The notes beneath the pieces were generated by a model, which was not told the origin of the DNA, searched no databases, and was given only the letters and a program-made list of their open reading frames with translations. 64,000 nt of DNA, taken from Phaeosaccion multiseriatum (lineage: Eukaryota; Protista; Ochrophyta, other classes). Below are positions 13,248 through 23,795 of this stretch, one piece after another; positions within the stretch are counted from its first letter, which is position 1; each line of letters begins with the position of its first letter. The DNA lies in the NCBI GenBank assembly GCA_965112735.1, contig OZ218955.1, positions 2,604,001-2,668,000 on the forward strand. The letters run 5' to 3'. Both the position numbers and the translations under genes were made by a program.

Positions 13248-14314
13248 TTACTACTACTACTACTACTGTCGCTGCTACTGCTACTTCTACTACAACTGTT
13301 GCTACTACTCCTCCTCCTACTACTACTACTACTGCAACTGTTGCTACTACTACTGCTACTACTACTGCTGCAACTGCTGCTACTACTACAACTGTTGCTA
13401 CTACTGCTACAACTACTTCTACACTTTGTGTCATCACTACCACTATTACCACAACTACTACTACCACTTCCACCACTACGAGTAAGTATTCGCTTATAGT
13501 CCGTGTGCAGTTGAAGTGTCTGAGCAGCACGTGTGGTACCAGCACGACGAGTACCACTAGCAATAACTACTACTACAAGTACCACACACACACACACCAC
13601 ACACACCAACCCCCACCACTACCACCACCACCACTACTACACCAGTAAGTAAAACAAGTGTAGCAATCACACCTGTACAGTTGCAGTATCTGAGCAGCAC
13701 GTGGTCCGTATTGTTGGGGTCGTCCTCCTCGTCTGCAGGATTGGGCGGGAAGCGCACTATGATGGTGAACTCGCCACACAGGGTCCGCTCCACCTGTGCC
13801 GGAAAGGTCAGGGGCAGGGGCAAGAGCAAGGGTAAGGGCAAGGGCAAGGGCAGGGGCAGGGGCTAGCGACATCTTCGTCCCCACATCTCTCTGTTGCTAT
13901 CTCTCTCTCTCTCTCTCTCTCTGTGCACACCATGGTGCACCATCCAATACAGACCTTGTAAAACCCCATTCCGTCCTCCGGCTCCCAGTTCATCATGCCG
14001 GGATCAGACTTCTCCGACGAATACAACACGTGCTCCGTCCCGTGCACTTCAATGATGGGGGACGCGTCCATGGGCAGCCCCGTCAGCGTGATGGCATTCA
14101 ACTTGAGCATTACGGCATGAGGGGCCCGGCCTTCGCTAATCAGAGTGTCGAAGTTTTGGAAGAAGGTGTTGAGGGAGGGGGGGAGGTTGGCAATCCACTT
14201 GTCTGTGTTGGTGGTGGAGCCGAGGCGCAGAAGCAACACCCGCTCCAGACTGTCCCGAATCGTTCTGTTTTTGTGCGGTGGGTGGGAGCGAGCGTGCGTG
14301 TGTGTGTGTGTGTG

Positions 14315-14358
<44 letters not shown>

Positions 14359-15718
14359 GAGGGCGCCACATAAGACAAAAAGCAAGCCGACAGCTGACAA
14401 TTGTGGCATGAGAGAGCGAAGGAGTGGCGGCCATGTACAGGCACAGGTGCAGAGGTCTCTCCACTTCAGAGCACGCACTCCATCCACATTGCGCTTTCCC
14501 GCCACTTCTCCCTGGCTTGCCACTGTCCTTCCTTCTGCACCCCAATACCCCCACGCGGTGCTCTCCTTTTGCTTTCTCTGTGCTCTCCCTCCCCCCCCCC
14601 TCCCCCCAATCCCCCTTCCTTCCTTCCTTCCTTCCTTCCTTCATTGCTTGCTTGCTTGCTTGCTTCCTCTCTTTCTTCATTCCCTCCCACCTCTCTTGCT
14701 CGCTGAAGCGAAGGTAGCACGACAGGAGGAGGATGGTGCGAACACGGCCATTGGCGCAGTAGATGGTGGCCACATTGTCCGCCCGCAGATTCAGCCAACC
14801 CTAAGTAGAGCAGAGTAGAGTAGATGCGTAGCGGACGAGGAAGGAGGAGGAGCGAAAGTCAGGAAGGGATGGGCGGCGCCACGGCGGGGTGACAAGATCG
14901 GATAGACCTGGGCCGAGCATATGGGAAGGCGAAAGTGCTTCTGCTTGCGAGGGGAGCACTACTTTTGTGTGCATAGCAAGGGTCGGTATCTGCCGAGAAT
15001 AGGACAATCCTGATCCGCTCCTTCCCTCCGCTCCTTCCCTTGAGAGGCAGGGCGTCACACCCCGTCCTGCTTGTTCCCCACCCACACACGAACCTTTAGG
15101 CTATAGCAGAAGCGCAGCATGGTCTCCAGGGAAGGGAAGGATGCTTTCCGCTTCTTGTTGGACCAGGGCACGTCCAGCACCTGGTTCCCAAGCTTGGAGT
15201 AGATGTCCTTCAGCTGGCGTCGCAGAGGGAGGGGGCGGGGGAGGGGAGGGAGGGGGTGAGCAGCAGAGGTGGGAAGAGTCCAGGAGAAGCCGTGAAGGCC
15301 ACAACAGACCCATGCTAGGGGCGTCGCGGCATTCGAGTCTTTCCCCCCGTGCAGACGTCTGTCCCAAGCCAGGGAATGACACCTATTTCAGTTGCCCTGC
15401 TCCTCGATGATCGTTTGTTCCCCCACCTACCTCTGCACTGTCAATAGCCTGCGCATCTGTGATGTTCCACACCAGGTACCTGCCCTTCCCGTGGGTGGTC
15501 TCGAGATACTTGACGAGCTCGTCGATGTTGTTCTTTCCCTCTTTGAGATTGGTCTCGCCGAGGGAAGGCTTTCCCATGGCAATGAGTCTCTTTCCCCCTC
15601 CTCCTGCCGAAGCCTTTTCTGCGCCTCGTCCCTCATCCTCGCTCTTCTCCGGTTGGCGGCCTGAGATGTAAGTGAGGTCCAGCTGGTCATTACGAGCCCC
15701 ACCGAAGAAGCGGAGCAT
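678..15718 (-). CDS. Giant multi-exon formin: PTEN/tensin-type phosphatase + C2 + UBA + PHD + 12x CCDC53-like repeats + FH1 + FH2 + acidic tail + PHD
   Basis: Exons read on the minus strand (approximate): 15431-15718 (DLTYIS..RLIAMGKP..NNIDELVKYLETTHGKGRYLVWNIT), 15095-15213, 14691-14800 (WLNLRADNVATIYCANGRVRT), C2 exons ~13954-14265, ~13674-13793 and ~13010 downward, UBA ~12665-12790, PHD ~11718-11925, large exon ~7142-10460 (repeats + polyproline FH1). FH2 exons: ~6942-7008 (KRRKLHF..SLW), ~6582-6682 (FEELF), ~6273-6389 (ISLIDGKRAMNTGI), ~5860-5996, ~5600-5720, ~5093-5444 (ILKVGNELN..GFTL..SILHYLV), ~4650-4877, ~3924-4385, ~3590-3680 (YFGE..LFSTLHKFILVF). Last exon 678-3341. One 1-nt frameshift is required at the C14 run 12235-12248. 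Confidence 0.85.
1210..1850 (-). repeat. ~7 degenerate acidic repeats (EKEEEGEEGKQGEEVEQAVEANTPAAAA) in the formin tail
   Basis: Seen directly in the translation of 678..3566 and in the recurring DNA 'gcgttagcttccactgcctgttcaacttcctcc'. Confidence 0.85.
3590..7345 (-). other. FH1 (three GIPPPPPG tracts) and FH2 domain, split over ~10 exons
   Basis: Lasso (LHF..SLW), FEELF, LIDGKRAMNTGI, GNELN, GF.L..L..L...K, YFGE and F..L..F motifs typical of FH2. Confidence 0.9.
7380..9700 (-). repeat. 12 tandem coding repeats (~58-64 aa) of a CCDC53/WASHC3 C-terminal-like motif
   Basis: Consensus TVAAKDHPDYAKFFKMLKVGTPRGAVVMKMGAENLDAALLDDPDKQIPAPG, counted 12 times. The 9 copies at ~7380-8990 are near-identical at DNA level (~174-192 bp period). 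Confidence 0.9.
13178..13640. repeat. Intronic (CTA/ACT)n-derived trinucleotide tract
   Basis: Long tactactac run with degenerate variants inside a formin intron. Confidence 0.9.
13674..15718 (-). other. PTEN/tensin-type phosphatase and C2 domains of the formin
   Basis: DLTYI / RLIAMG / YLVWN / WL..DNVATIYCANGRVRT..LSCYL align by eye with PTEN motifs. They are followed by beta-rich C2-type exons (LKLNAITLTGLP..PIIEV, LCGEFTIIVRF, VLLRYCNCTG). Confidence 0.8.
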
Positions 15719-15928
15719 GGTAGCACTTGGCGCCTCAGGCCACAGCAGGTAGGAGTGCCAAGGGCGGGGAAATCATCACCCACCCAACCTGGCGCCCCTC
15801 CGCCAGCTTCTTTCCCACCCTCTTCTCTTTCTCTTCCCTCTGTCCCTCCTTTGTCGCTCCTCTCGCTCCGTCGCTCTCGCTTTCTCGCCACTTCCTTCTC
15901 TCCTTCTCTTCTCCTCCTCTCTCTCTTG

Positions 15929-15959
<31 letters not shown>

Positions 15960-16765
15960 CCTCTTTCCGCTTCTTTCTTGCAGGTTGCTTTCGTCGAAAT
16001 GGGCTCTATATTCTTCGCTAGCCGGAGGTAATGCTGTATACCCTGGCTTCACAACTCAGTCTTTGGTTTCCCCCTCTCTCGACGAGAAATTGACCCACTT
16101 GGTGTCAGGACTCATAATTACGTAAGGGTAGGTGAGGGAGGTTTCATTATTTTTTTTGGGAGGAAGAGCTGCAGTAGAGCAGCAGCAGCAGCCGCAGCAG
16201 CAGCCGCAGTATCAGCAGCAGAGTTGGGTTAGAACCATACCACCCCCCTCGGAACATGCCCAGGAAACCGGCACAGAATGTGTGACCGGAAACCCTCAGG
16301 CAGGACAACCTAGCACAGTGGGGAGTTGGGACAGTTAGTAGGAGCGTCAGAGGCAACAGCAAGAATACGACGACCGCTGTCCGGGCTGTGGGAAGGAACT
16401 GGGGAGCCTTTGATGGTGGTTGGCGTCTCGAGACTTGCGCACGAGGGGACATTTTACCTGTGGCCACAACAGAGAAGTGACGAACGACAGGAGGGACGCC
16501 TTGCATGATCGGTCGGTTGGGTTCGTGACGAGTATGTCGCTGGGATGCAGGGCAAGTAGGAGAGTAGGGCCGTATGTAAGGAAGGAAAAGGATAAAGACC
16601 CCTATTTGCTGGTTGTCTGGAGAGTGGTAGGTGCCACAATGCGTGATGGTTGCCCACGATCCGGACCTCACAACTTGGTGGAAAGTCAATGTTACGGTCC
16701 AGTCTTTGTCTCTGTGTGACTTCGAACTTGGGGGGGGGGAGTTGGAATCCGGACTATCGGCCGTC

Positions 16766-19558
16766 TGTTAGCCTCCAAGCCAAGGGCAGTGACGACCCTT
16801 CCCGGAACAGCTCTCAGTAGCCTCCTAGAGGCCTACCGCTCACTCCAAGATAGACGAGATGTGCGTACTGACTGATCAAGTGGAGTGTGTGTATTTAATA
16901 GACGTTGCTAAGGTCCAATACCACGATGTGCTTGTCCTTACACTTGCCTCCATGTCCGGTATGTCCTTGTCCTTATCACTTTTGCCTCCTACACGGCCTT
17001 GTCACTTCCCTTTGCTCCCTACACGGCCTCATCCCTTTGCCCCCACACGCCCTCGTCACTGAACCGCCCCTCCCACTGTCCCGAATTTGACCGAAATAGA
17101 CCTCCTCGATGTTTTGCCCCTTCCTTACATATGGCGCCCCTCTGAAGACCCTGCTCACTCCGTTGAGCATACTGACCCATTCGCTAAGTACTTCCTGACC
17201 CCTCTGCTTTTGACCTTCTCCAACAAGACCCAAGACTCCTTCTGTGGTGAGTCCGCCCCGTACACGACTCTTGCCAAGACCACTTGCACTGTGCCACCAG
17301 CCATCCTCCGCGAAGAAAAGTAAAAGAGCCACATGCTCTCGCACCACGCCCTTTTAGCTGTATTGACCCTGCCGGTTGCCCCTTGCCCTATTGGCCGAGT
17401 TACTGTCCTTCTCGGTCTGCCCCCATTGTCCCTGTTTTGTTGTGTTGCTCCCGTTTCACCCCCTCCTGTTGTGCTGCTGCTGCTGTGCCCTTTGTTCTCC
17501 CTCGGTCTCTGCTATGCCCTCTTCTCTGCCGTCTGTCTCTGCTGTGTCCTTTGTTCTCCATCGGTCTCTGCTGTGTCCTCTTCTCTGCCATCGGTCTCTG
17601 CTATGCCCTCTTCTCTGCCGTCTGTCTCTGCTGTGTCCTCTTCTCTGCCGTCTGTCTCTGCTGTGTCCTTTGTTCTCCATCGGTCTCTGCTGTGTCCTTT
17701 GTTCTCCCTCGGTCTCTGCTATGCCCTCTTCTCTGCAGTCTGTCTCTGCTGTGTCCTCTTCTCTGCCGTCTGTCTCTGCTGTGTCCTCTTCTCTGCCATC
17801 GGTCTCTGCTGTGTCCTCTTCTCTGCCATCGGTCTCTGCTGTGTCCTCTTCTCTCATTTGTCTCTACTGCGTCCTCTTCTCCGCCCTTGGTCTCTACTCT
17901 CTTCCTGTTCTCTGCCATCTGCTCTCTGTCCTCTTTGTACTCTGCCCTCAGTCCTCTGCTCTCTGTCTTCGTTGTACTCTGCTCTCTGTCCTCTGTCCGC
18001 TGTCCTCTTTGTACTCTGCCCTCTGTCCTCTGTCCTCTGTCCTCTTTGTACTCTGCCCTCTGTCCTCTGTCCTCTTTGTACTCTGCCCTCTGTCCTCTGT
18101 CCTCTTTGTAATCTGCCCTCAGTCCTCTGTCCTCTGCTCTCTGTCTTCGTTGTACTCTGCCCTCTGTCCTCTGTCCTCTTTGTACTCTGCCCTCAATCCT
18201 CTGTCCTCTGCTCTCTGTCTTCGTTGTACTCTGCCCTCTGTCCTTTGTCCTCTTTGTACTCTGCCCTCAATCCTCTGTCCTCTGCTCTCTGTCTTCGTTG
18301 TACTCTGCCCTCTGTCCTCTGTCCTCTTTGTACTCTGCCCTCTGTCCTTTGTCCTCTTTGTACTCTGCCCTCTGTCCTCTGTCCTCTGCTCTCTGTCTTC
18401 GTTGTACTCTCCCCTCTGTCCTCTGTCCTCTTTGTACTCTGCCCTCTGTCCTTTGTCCTCTTTGTACTCTGCCCTCTGTCTCTGTCCTCTTTGTACTCTG
18501 CCCTCAGTCCTCTGTCCTCTGCTCTCTGTCTTCGTTGTACTCTGCCCTCTGTCCTCTGTCCTCTTTGTAATCTGCCCTCAGTCCTCTGTCCTCTGCTCTC
18601 TGTCTTCGTTGTACTCTGCCCTCTGTCCTCTGTCCTCTGTCTTTATCCTCTTGTCCTTCTCCCTCTCCTTGCCCTTGCCCTTGTCCTTGTCCTTGCCCTC
18701 TCCCTTGTCCTTGCCCCTGTCCTTGCCCTTGCCCTTGCCCTTGTCCTTGTCCTTCTGTCTGCAAACATCCCTTGCCCTTGTCCTTGTCCTTGTCCTTCTG
18801 TCTGCAAACGTCCCTTGCCCTAGTCCTTGTCCTTGCCCTCTCCCTTGTCCTTGTCCTTGTCCTTGCCCCTGTCCTTGTCCTTGCCCTTGTCCTTCTCTCT
18901 GCAAACATCCTTTTGTCCTGCGCTCCTAGCCTGCACTTCTGTCCTCCAAATCCCCATCACCCCCGCTTTCGCCAACGCTTCTGCCCGCTACAGCACATCC
19001 CCGTCCACGGCGCCGCTTCTGCCCGCTAGCACCACGTCACCCTCCTCATCGCCTCCTCCTCCGTCAATTGTTGCTCCTCGCCCGCCTTGCTGCCGGCCCG
19101 CGTGGCTCTCCTGCTAGTCGACATGCTGCGTCGAGACTCGCCCCCCCCCGATTGAATGAGCTCAGCGACCCTGCTGAAGCCGCCTTGCACGCGAGAGTCG
19201 AATGGATGCGTCGTTACCAAATGTTAGCCTCCGAGCCAAGGGCAGTGACAACCCTTCCCGGAACAGCTCTCAGTAGCCTCCTAGAGGCCTACCGCTCACT
19301 CGAAGATGGATGAGATGTGCGTCCTTTCATTTTGACACTCCTTGTCCTTACACTTGCCTCCATGTCCGGTGTGTCCTTGTCCATATCACTTTTGCCTTCT
19401 GCACGGCCTTGTCACTTCCCTTTGCCCCCTACACGGCCTTGTCACTTCCCTTTGCCCCCACACGGCCTCGTCACTGAACCGCCCCTCCCACTGTCCCGAA
19501 TTTGACCAAAATAGACCTCCTCGATATCCAATGTTGATGTCATGCCCATACACTTACA
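16766..19558 (+). mobile_element. Putative non-autonomous LTR-like element (TRIM/LARD-like): two ~340-360 bp direct repeats around a minisatellite-filled core
   Basis: 16766-17110 and 19222-19525 are clearly homologous and both start TGTTAGCCTCC. The alignment extends loosely to 'cttaca' at 17129 and 19558. No gag/pol ORF, no clean TSD and no PPT. Confidence 0.45.
17480..18920. repeat. Compound pyrimidine-strand minisatellite array
   Basis: ~30-bp unit (ctgtgtcctcttctctgccgtctgtctctg), then ctctgtcctctttgtactctgcc-type units, then a (ccttgt/ccttgc)n hexamer. Confidence 0.9.
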
Positions 19559-21119
19559 CATTCCGCATTTTTTTTTTTTTTTTGGGCGCTCCGTTCCATG
19601 GATGGTCCGTCGCAGGTGGTGGTCAGTGATAAGGAAAATTGAAGAACGTTAATAGAAACAACATCGAAGTATGTGCGATCCCCTAGCTGTTGGCTATCCT
19701 GTGTTGTTGGCAGCGACTCCACACATAGGGTGTGGTTCACTTGGTGTCAGGATCCCAAAACGTAGGTGATGTCAAAGCTCTCACACATATAAAACATATA
19801 GACCAGTCAGCCCCGGTCAGTAGGCTGGGTAGTGGGTCTTGACATACATTGCTTACAGCTTGGTTGCTTGGTTGTGAGTCTCAAGATTGTGTGCCACTAA
19901 AGGAAAAATCGGAAACCCGAGGCACCGTTTCAACATACTTTGTCTCGTTTCTATCCATAAAGCTTTGGCGTCTCTCTCTCCCACCAGCCAAGGGTGGGAG
20001 TAAGTAGACGAAGAGTGTGAGTCACAGTTAAGTTAGCAAAGCTTCACCTCGCTACAGCCCACACTCAAGCCCCTCGCTTTTCCTTCCTACCCCCGTCTGC
20101 GTGGTTGAAGTTGAGGGCTCGCATGTGAGCCTCCTGCCTCCTAAGATATGTGGTCAGTCCCACACACCTCAGACAACCAACAAGTTGGGGATCGTATCCT
20201 TGGTAGAGGCAGTGGCTGCGTGTATTTATTCCTCCAGCGACTACCGTTCATATGAGGCATACGTTCCCCACAACTGGCGACAATCCGGCCACACATGTCT
20301 ATACAACAGTGCATGCATACGACAGTGCCTGCTGTACTAGCTTCAAGTCTGCATGATGGGAAATCGAGGCAAGCAAAGCAAGCAGCAGCACACCTTCCAA
20401 CCCACGTACGTACCCCCCCAACTATCCTCTGGCACAACCAGACAAGTGCGACCAGGTGCCCACGGTGCCGCAGGCAGCCAGGTGCAAGAAGAACAGGACT
20501 TTGCGCACCGTCCAAATGGACGTGCCCCAAGGAAAAGGGGAGTTGAGAGCAGATGGTCGCTCGTGGTGCGTACGTGGTGGTAGCTACTACGTACCCCTGC
20601 TGCCTCATCCCTCCCCTCATGACAGGCAACAGTTTTCCTCTTTCCTGCTCTGCTGCTGGAACAGGCTTTACCGCATGCGGTGGACGTGCCCTGGGTGAGA
20701 GTCGTCAGGAGGGTGATATTTACCTCCTCTCTCTCTCTCCTCTCTTCGCTCCTCATTCTCTTCTACGGGACTTTGTTTTTCAGAAAATAATACCCGAGGG
20801 GTCACGGAATACATGACCCGATCGTACACACCCTGTCCAGAGCTCTTGGCCCTTACACACATCATAAAAAGCTGGCCCTCCCCTTGGAAGCAGTGAGAGT
20901 GCATCGATAGAGGCTACAGCAGCAGGACGCAGACGCTGTCGTGCACCTGACCGAGGGCTCTCTGCTCTCCTTTTCTCTGGTGCTGGGCTGCGGTTGTCCA
21001 TTGAGCACAACCTGTCTCAGGTCTCTTCAAAAGCCCGAAGCGTATACCAAAACTCAAAGCCCACATAGCAACGGCAAGCAGCCACTCGGGTGGAGCATTA
21101 AACAATTAAACAGCAGGAA

Positions 21120-23795
21120 ATGGCGGGCGAAGCTGTCGTGTTTGGCGGTGGGCTGAGGGGTAGCGCTGCGATCGTGTCCGGGGCAGCACCGTCGATCAAC
21201 GGGGCCAAGTCCTTGGCGGAGGCGAAAATCGTTGACGGGACCAGGGAGTCGGGAGGAGAACCTGCCGGGCTCACTGGCAGTGGCAAGATACGGGCTCAGG
21301 GCTTCGGGAGCAGCGCCCCTCGACCCTGCGTGGTTGGTGGCTCGCCCGGAGGGCCGCCAACAGGGGCGGCCGCCCGCCGTCGGTCCTCAGGAGACATCTC
21401 GGCCAGCACGCTGAAGAAGGCCTCAGGCCCGGCCAGCAGCAGCCCCAGGCCAGCGTGGGGGGCTGGAAACGGCGGAGGAAGCAGGCCTGGTAGTGGTAGG
21501 CTGGAGAGGAGGGGCAGCAGTGGAAAGGTGGAGAGGACGAACAGCGCTGGGAGCCTCCAGAGGGAGGGGAGCGGCAAAATTGGGGGCACGCAGCCGCGAC
21601 CGGCATGGGGGGGTGGGGGTGGCGGGGGAAGCAGACCCGGCAGTGGAAGGCTCGAGGTGGGTGGCAGCAATGGAAAAATGGAGAGGACCAACAGCGGAGG
21701 CATCCAGAGGGCGGGCAGTGGGAGTGGAAGTATCCCAAAGGCGGGGAGCGGCAAGCTCAGGGGCGGTATTGTCCGTGTAGGATCTCGGGGCCAGGGCTTT
21801 GGGAGCGGCTCTGCTCGCTTCCAGAGTGGCAGCGACGAGCCCAACTTGGGCGGGTCTGGCCGCTTCGGGTCGCAAAATTCGCTTTCGCGCTCCATGGAAG
21901 CCAGGAGGCGCTCTTCTGCCGACTCCACTGCCGACGCCGCCGCCGAGGCTGCTGCTGCTGCACCTGCTGGCGATGCTCCAGCAGCAGCCGAGACGGATGG
22001 ATCAGCCGACGTGGGCGCCACCGACGACCGGGAGGGGGAAGTGGCAAGAGACAGCGATGAAAATAACGTCCTTGAAACGCCAGCCCCGATTTCGACGACA
22101 CCGACACCGGCACCTGCATCTGCACCGGCTCCTACGCTGGCACCCAGCTTGGTGAACAAGCTGGTGAGGGGCTTCAGCAGCAAGAAGAAGAAGAAGGCAG
22201 CCAAGGCCGAGCAGGAAGAGCAAGCACGGCGGGAGCAGCTGGCTCAGGAGGAGGAGGAGGAGGAGGCCCGAAGGACTCAGGAGGCGTTGGAAAAGGCCAA
22301 GCAGGAGCAGGAGGAGAGGCGGCAGCAGCGACTCATTGAGCAGCAGCGGGACGAGGAGCAAGACGAGGAGGGCAAGGCCAGAGAGCAAGAGAGGTTGGAG
22401 AAGGAGGAGGAGGCTCGCGTGCGAGAGCGGCTGTTGCAGCGCCAGCAGGCCAAGAAGCAGAAACTCGAGCAGGAGAAGAAGGAGCAGGCAGACCGAGTCA
22501 AGCAGAGGCAGGAGAAGCACCGCGCCAAGCAGCAGGCCATTCTCAAGCAGCGCCAGGAGGAGGCTGCCAAGGCGATCCAGAAGCGAGAGACCACCCGCTC
22601 CAAGCTCAAGCCCAGGACGACGGCGGCAGCTCGGCAGGCGGCATTGCAGAAGCCGCTGGGCACTAAGCCCGGGACGGCGCCTGCTCGGCAGCCGCTGCAG
22701 ACCAGGCAGACTTCCAAGCTGGCCGCCAGGCAGGACAAGCCGGCGCCTGTACGACAGCGTCAGCAGAAACAACAACAACAGCACCAGCAGCAACACTTCC
22801 AGCGTGAGGAGGAGGTGAAGGAGGAGGAGGAGGAGCAGCAGGAGGGAGAGGAGGAGGAGGGAGTGCAGGAGGGCGAGGAGGACTCCTTGTTGGCCTCTGT
22901 GTCTGGCGACTCTGCCTCAGAGTCTGAGGAAGAAGAGTCCGACGACGACGAGGAGGAGGAGGAGGAGGAGGAGGAGGAGGAGGAGTACTCGGGGTCTGAG
23001 TCCGGGGAGTCTGTGGAAGAATCCGAGGGGGAGGAGGTGGAGGGAGAGGAAGTGGAAGTGGAAGAGGAGGAAGAGGAGGAGGAGGAAGAGTCAGAGGAAG
23101 AGTCGGAGGGATCGGAGTCGGAGGAGGAGGAGGGGGAGGAGGAGTCCGATGAAGAGTCTGAGCACATGGAGAGCAGCGGGGCTGGTGTTGCAGCAGAACG
23201 GTCGCAGAACGGGAATGCGGTCATGAACTTGAGTATGCCCGAGAAGTTCTCCGATCCTCCCTCCGCCGTACCCACGGCTTCGCTGGAGTCTTCCCCAGCC
23301 ACTGCCGACTCTGGGAATGGCGCTGGTGGTGTCCGCGGCAAGGGCTTTGACGTGGCCGATGCCAGCAGCTCCACCCAGCAGGCGCAGGAGCAGGCCGCGA
23401 ACAACAAGATGAGCAAGGAGGAGGAGGAGGAGGTGCTGCAGAACTTCATGGAGATGATGGTGGGCGGGGATGGCATCGTGGTGCAGAAGAAGAGAAGGAG
23501 CGACAAGAACAAGAGCGACACGCGAGTGCTCAAGTACAACCCCAACAAACAGACGCTAGTCTGGTACGGAGAGAAGCGCGCCATTCTGGGCACTAGCGTC
23601 AACGGCATCTTCCTCAGGGATGTCACCAGCGTCTATTCCAAGGCCAATGTCCTCTTCCTCAAGACTACCGGCTCGTGGGCGCAGTTCGACATGGATCGCG
23701 AGGCGGACGCATCGATGCTGGCCACTGGCCTCTCCATTATCGTGCCGCACGCCAAGAGGGATGCCGAGGCGCAGGGCAAGTCAGTCGCCAAGTGA
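21120..23795 (+). CDS. Intronless 891-aa protein: Gly/Ser-rich N-terminus, coiled coil, acidic tract, C-terminal PH-like domain (PLC/Num1-Mcp5/ISP-type)
   Basis: Single ATG-TGA ORF with strong coding bias. The C-terminal ~110 aa (GIVVQKKRR..TRVLKYNPNKQTLVWYG..IFLRDVTSV..LFLKT..QFDMDREADASMLATGLSIIV) show a PH strand pattern plus the terminal helix. Confidence 0.75.
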   Translation: MAGEAVVFGGGLRGSAAIVSGAAPSINGAKSLAEAKIVDGTRESGGEPAGLTGSGKIRAQGFGSSAPRPCVVGGSPGGPPTGAAARRRSSGDISASTLKKASGPASSSPRPAWGAGNGGGSRPGSGRLERRGSSGKVERTNSAGSLQREGSGKIGGTQPRPAWGGGGGGGSRPGSGRLEVGGSNGKMERTNSGGIQRAGSGSGSIPKAGSGKLRGGIVRVGSRGQGFGSGSARFQSGSDEPNLGGSGRFGSQNSLSRSMEARRRSSADSTADAAAEAAAAAPAGDAPAAAETDGSADVGATDDREGEVARDSDENNVLETPAPISTTPTPAPASAPAPTLAPSLVNKLVRGFSSKKKKKAAKAEQEEQARREQLAQEEEEEEARRTQEALEKAKQEQEERRQQRLIEQQRDEEQDEEGKAREQERLEKEEEARVRERLLQRQQAKKQKLEQEKKEQADRVKQRQEKHRAKQQAILKQRQEEAAKAIQKRETTRSKLKPRTTAAARQAALQKPLGTKPGTAPARQPLQTRQTSKLAARQDKPAPVRQRQQKQQQQHQQQHFQREEEVKEEEEEQQEGEEEEGVQEGEEDSLLASVSGDSASESEEEESDDDEEEEEEEEEEEEYSGSESGESVEESEGEEVEGEEVEVEEEEEEEEEESEEESEGSESEEEEGEEESDEESEHMESSGAGVAAERSQNGNAVMNLSMPEKFSDPPSAVPTASLESSPATADSGNGAGGVRGKGFDVADASSSTQQAQEQAANNKMSKEEEEEVLQNFMEMMVGGDGIVVQKKRRSDKNKSDTRVLKYNPNKQTLVWYGEKRAILGTSVNGIFLRDVTSVYSKANVLFLKTTGSWAQFDMDREADASMLATGLSIIVPHAKRDAEAQGKSVAK

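Noticed and set aside
13127-13648. Thr-rich mucin-like and poly-Tyr/poly-Leu ORFs
   Set aside because: Stop-free frames of an intronic trinucleotide tract in the formin gene.
15735-16052. Additional 5' exon of the formin
   Set aside because: The ORF starts at GTG and runs through a (GA)n tract; the ATG at 15718 already precedes the first PTEN motif.
17284-18929. Three overlapping 275-517 aa Cys/Leu/Ser/Pro ORFs
   Set aside because: Products of an A-poor minisatellite that rarely forms stop codons; no domain signal.
20100-21100. Short ORFs upstream of the PH-domain gene
   Set aside because: No coding bias or motifs that I can support.
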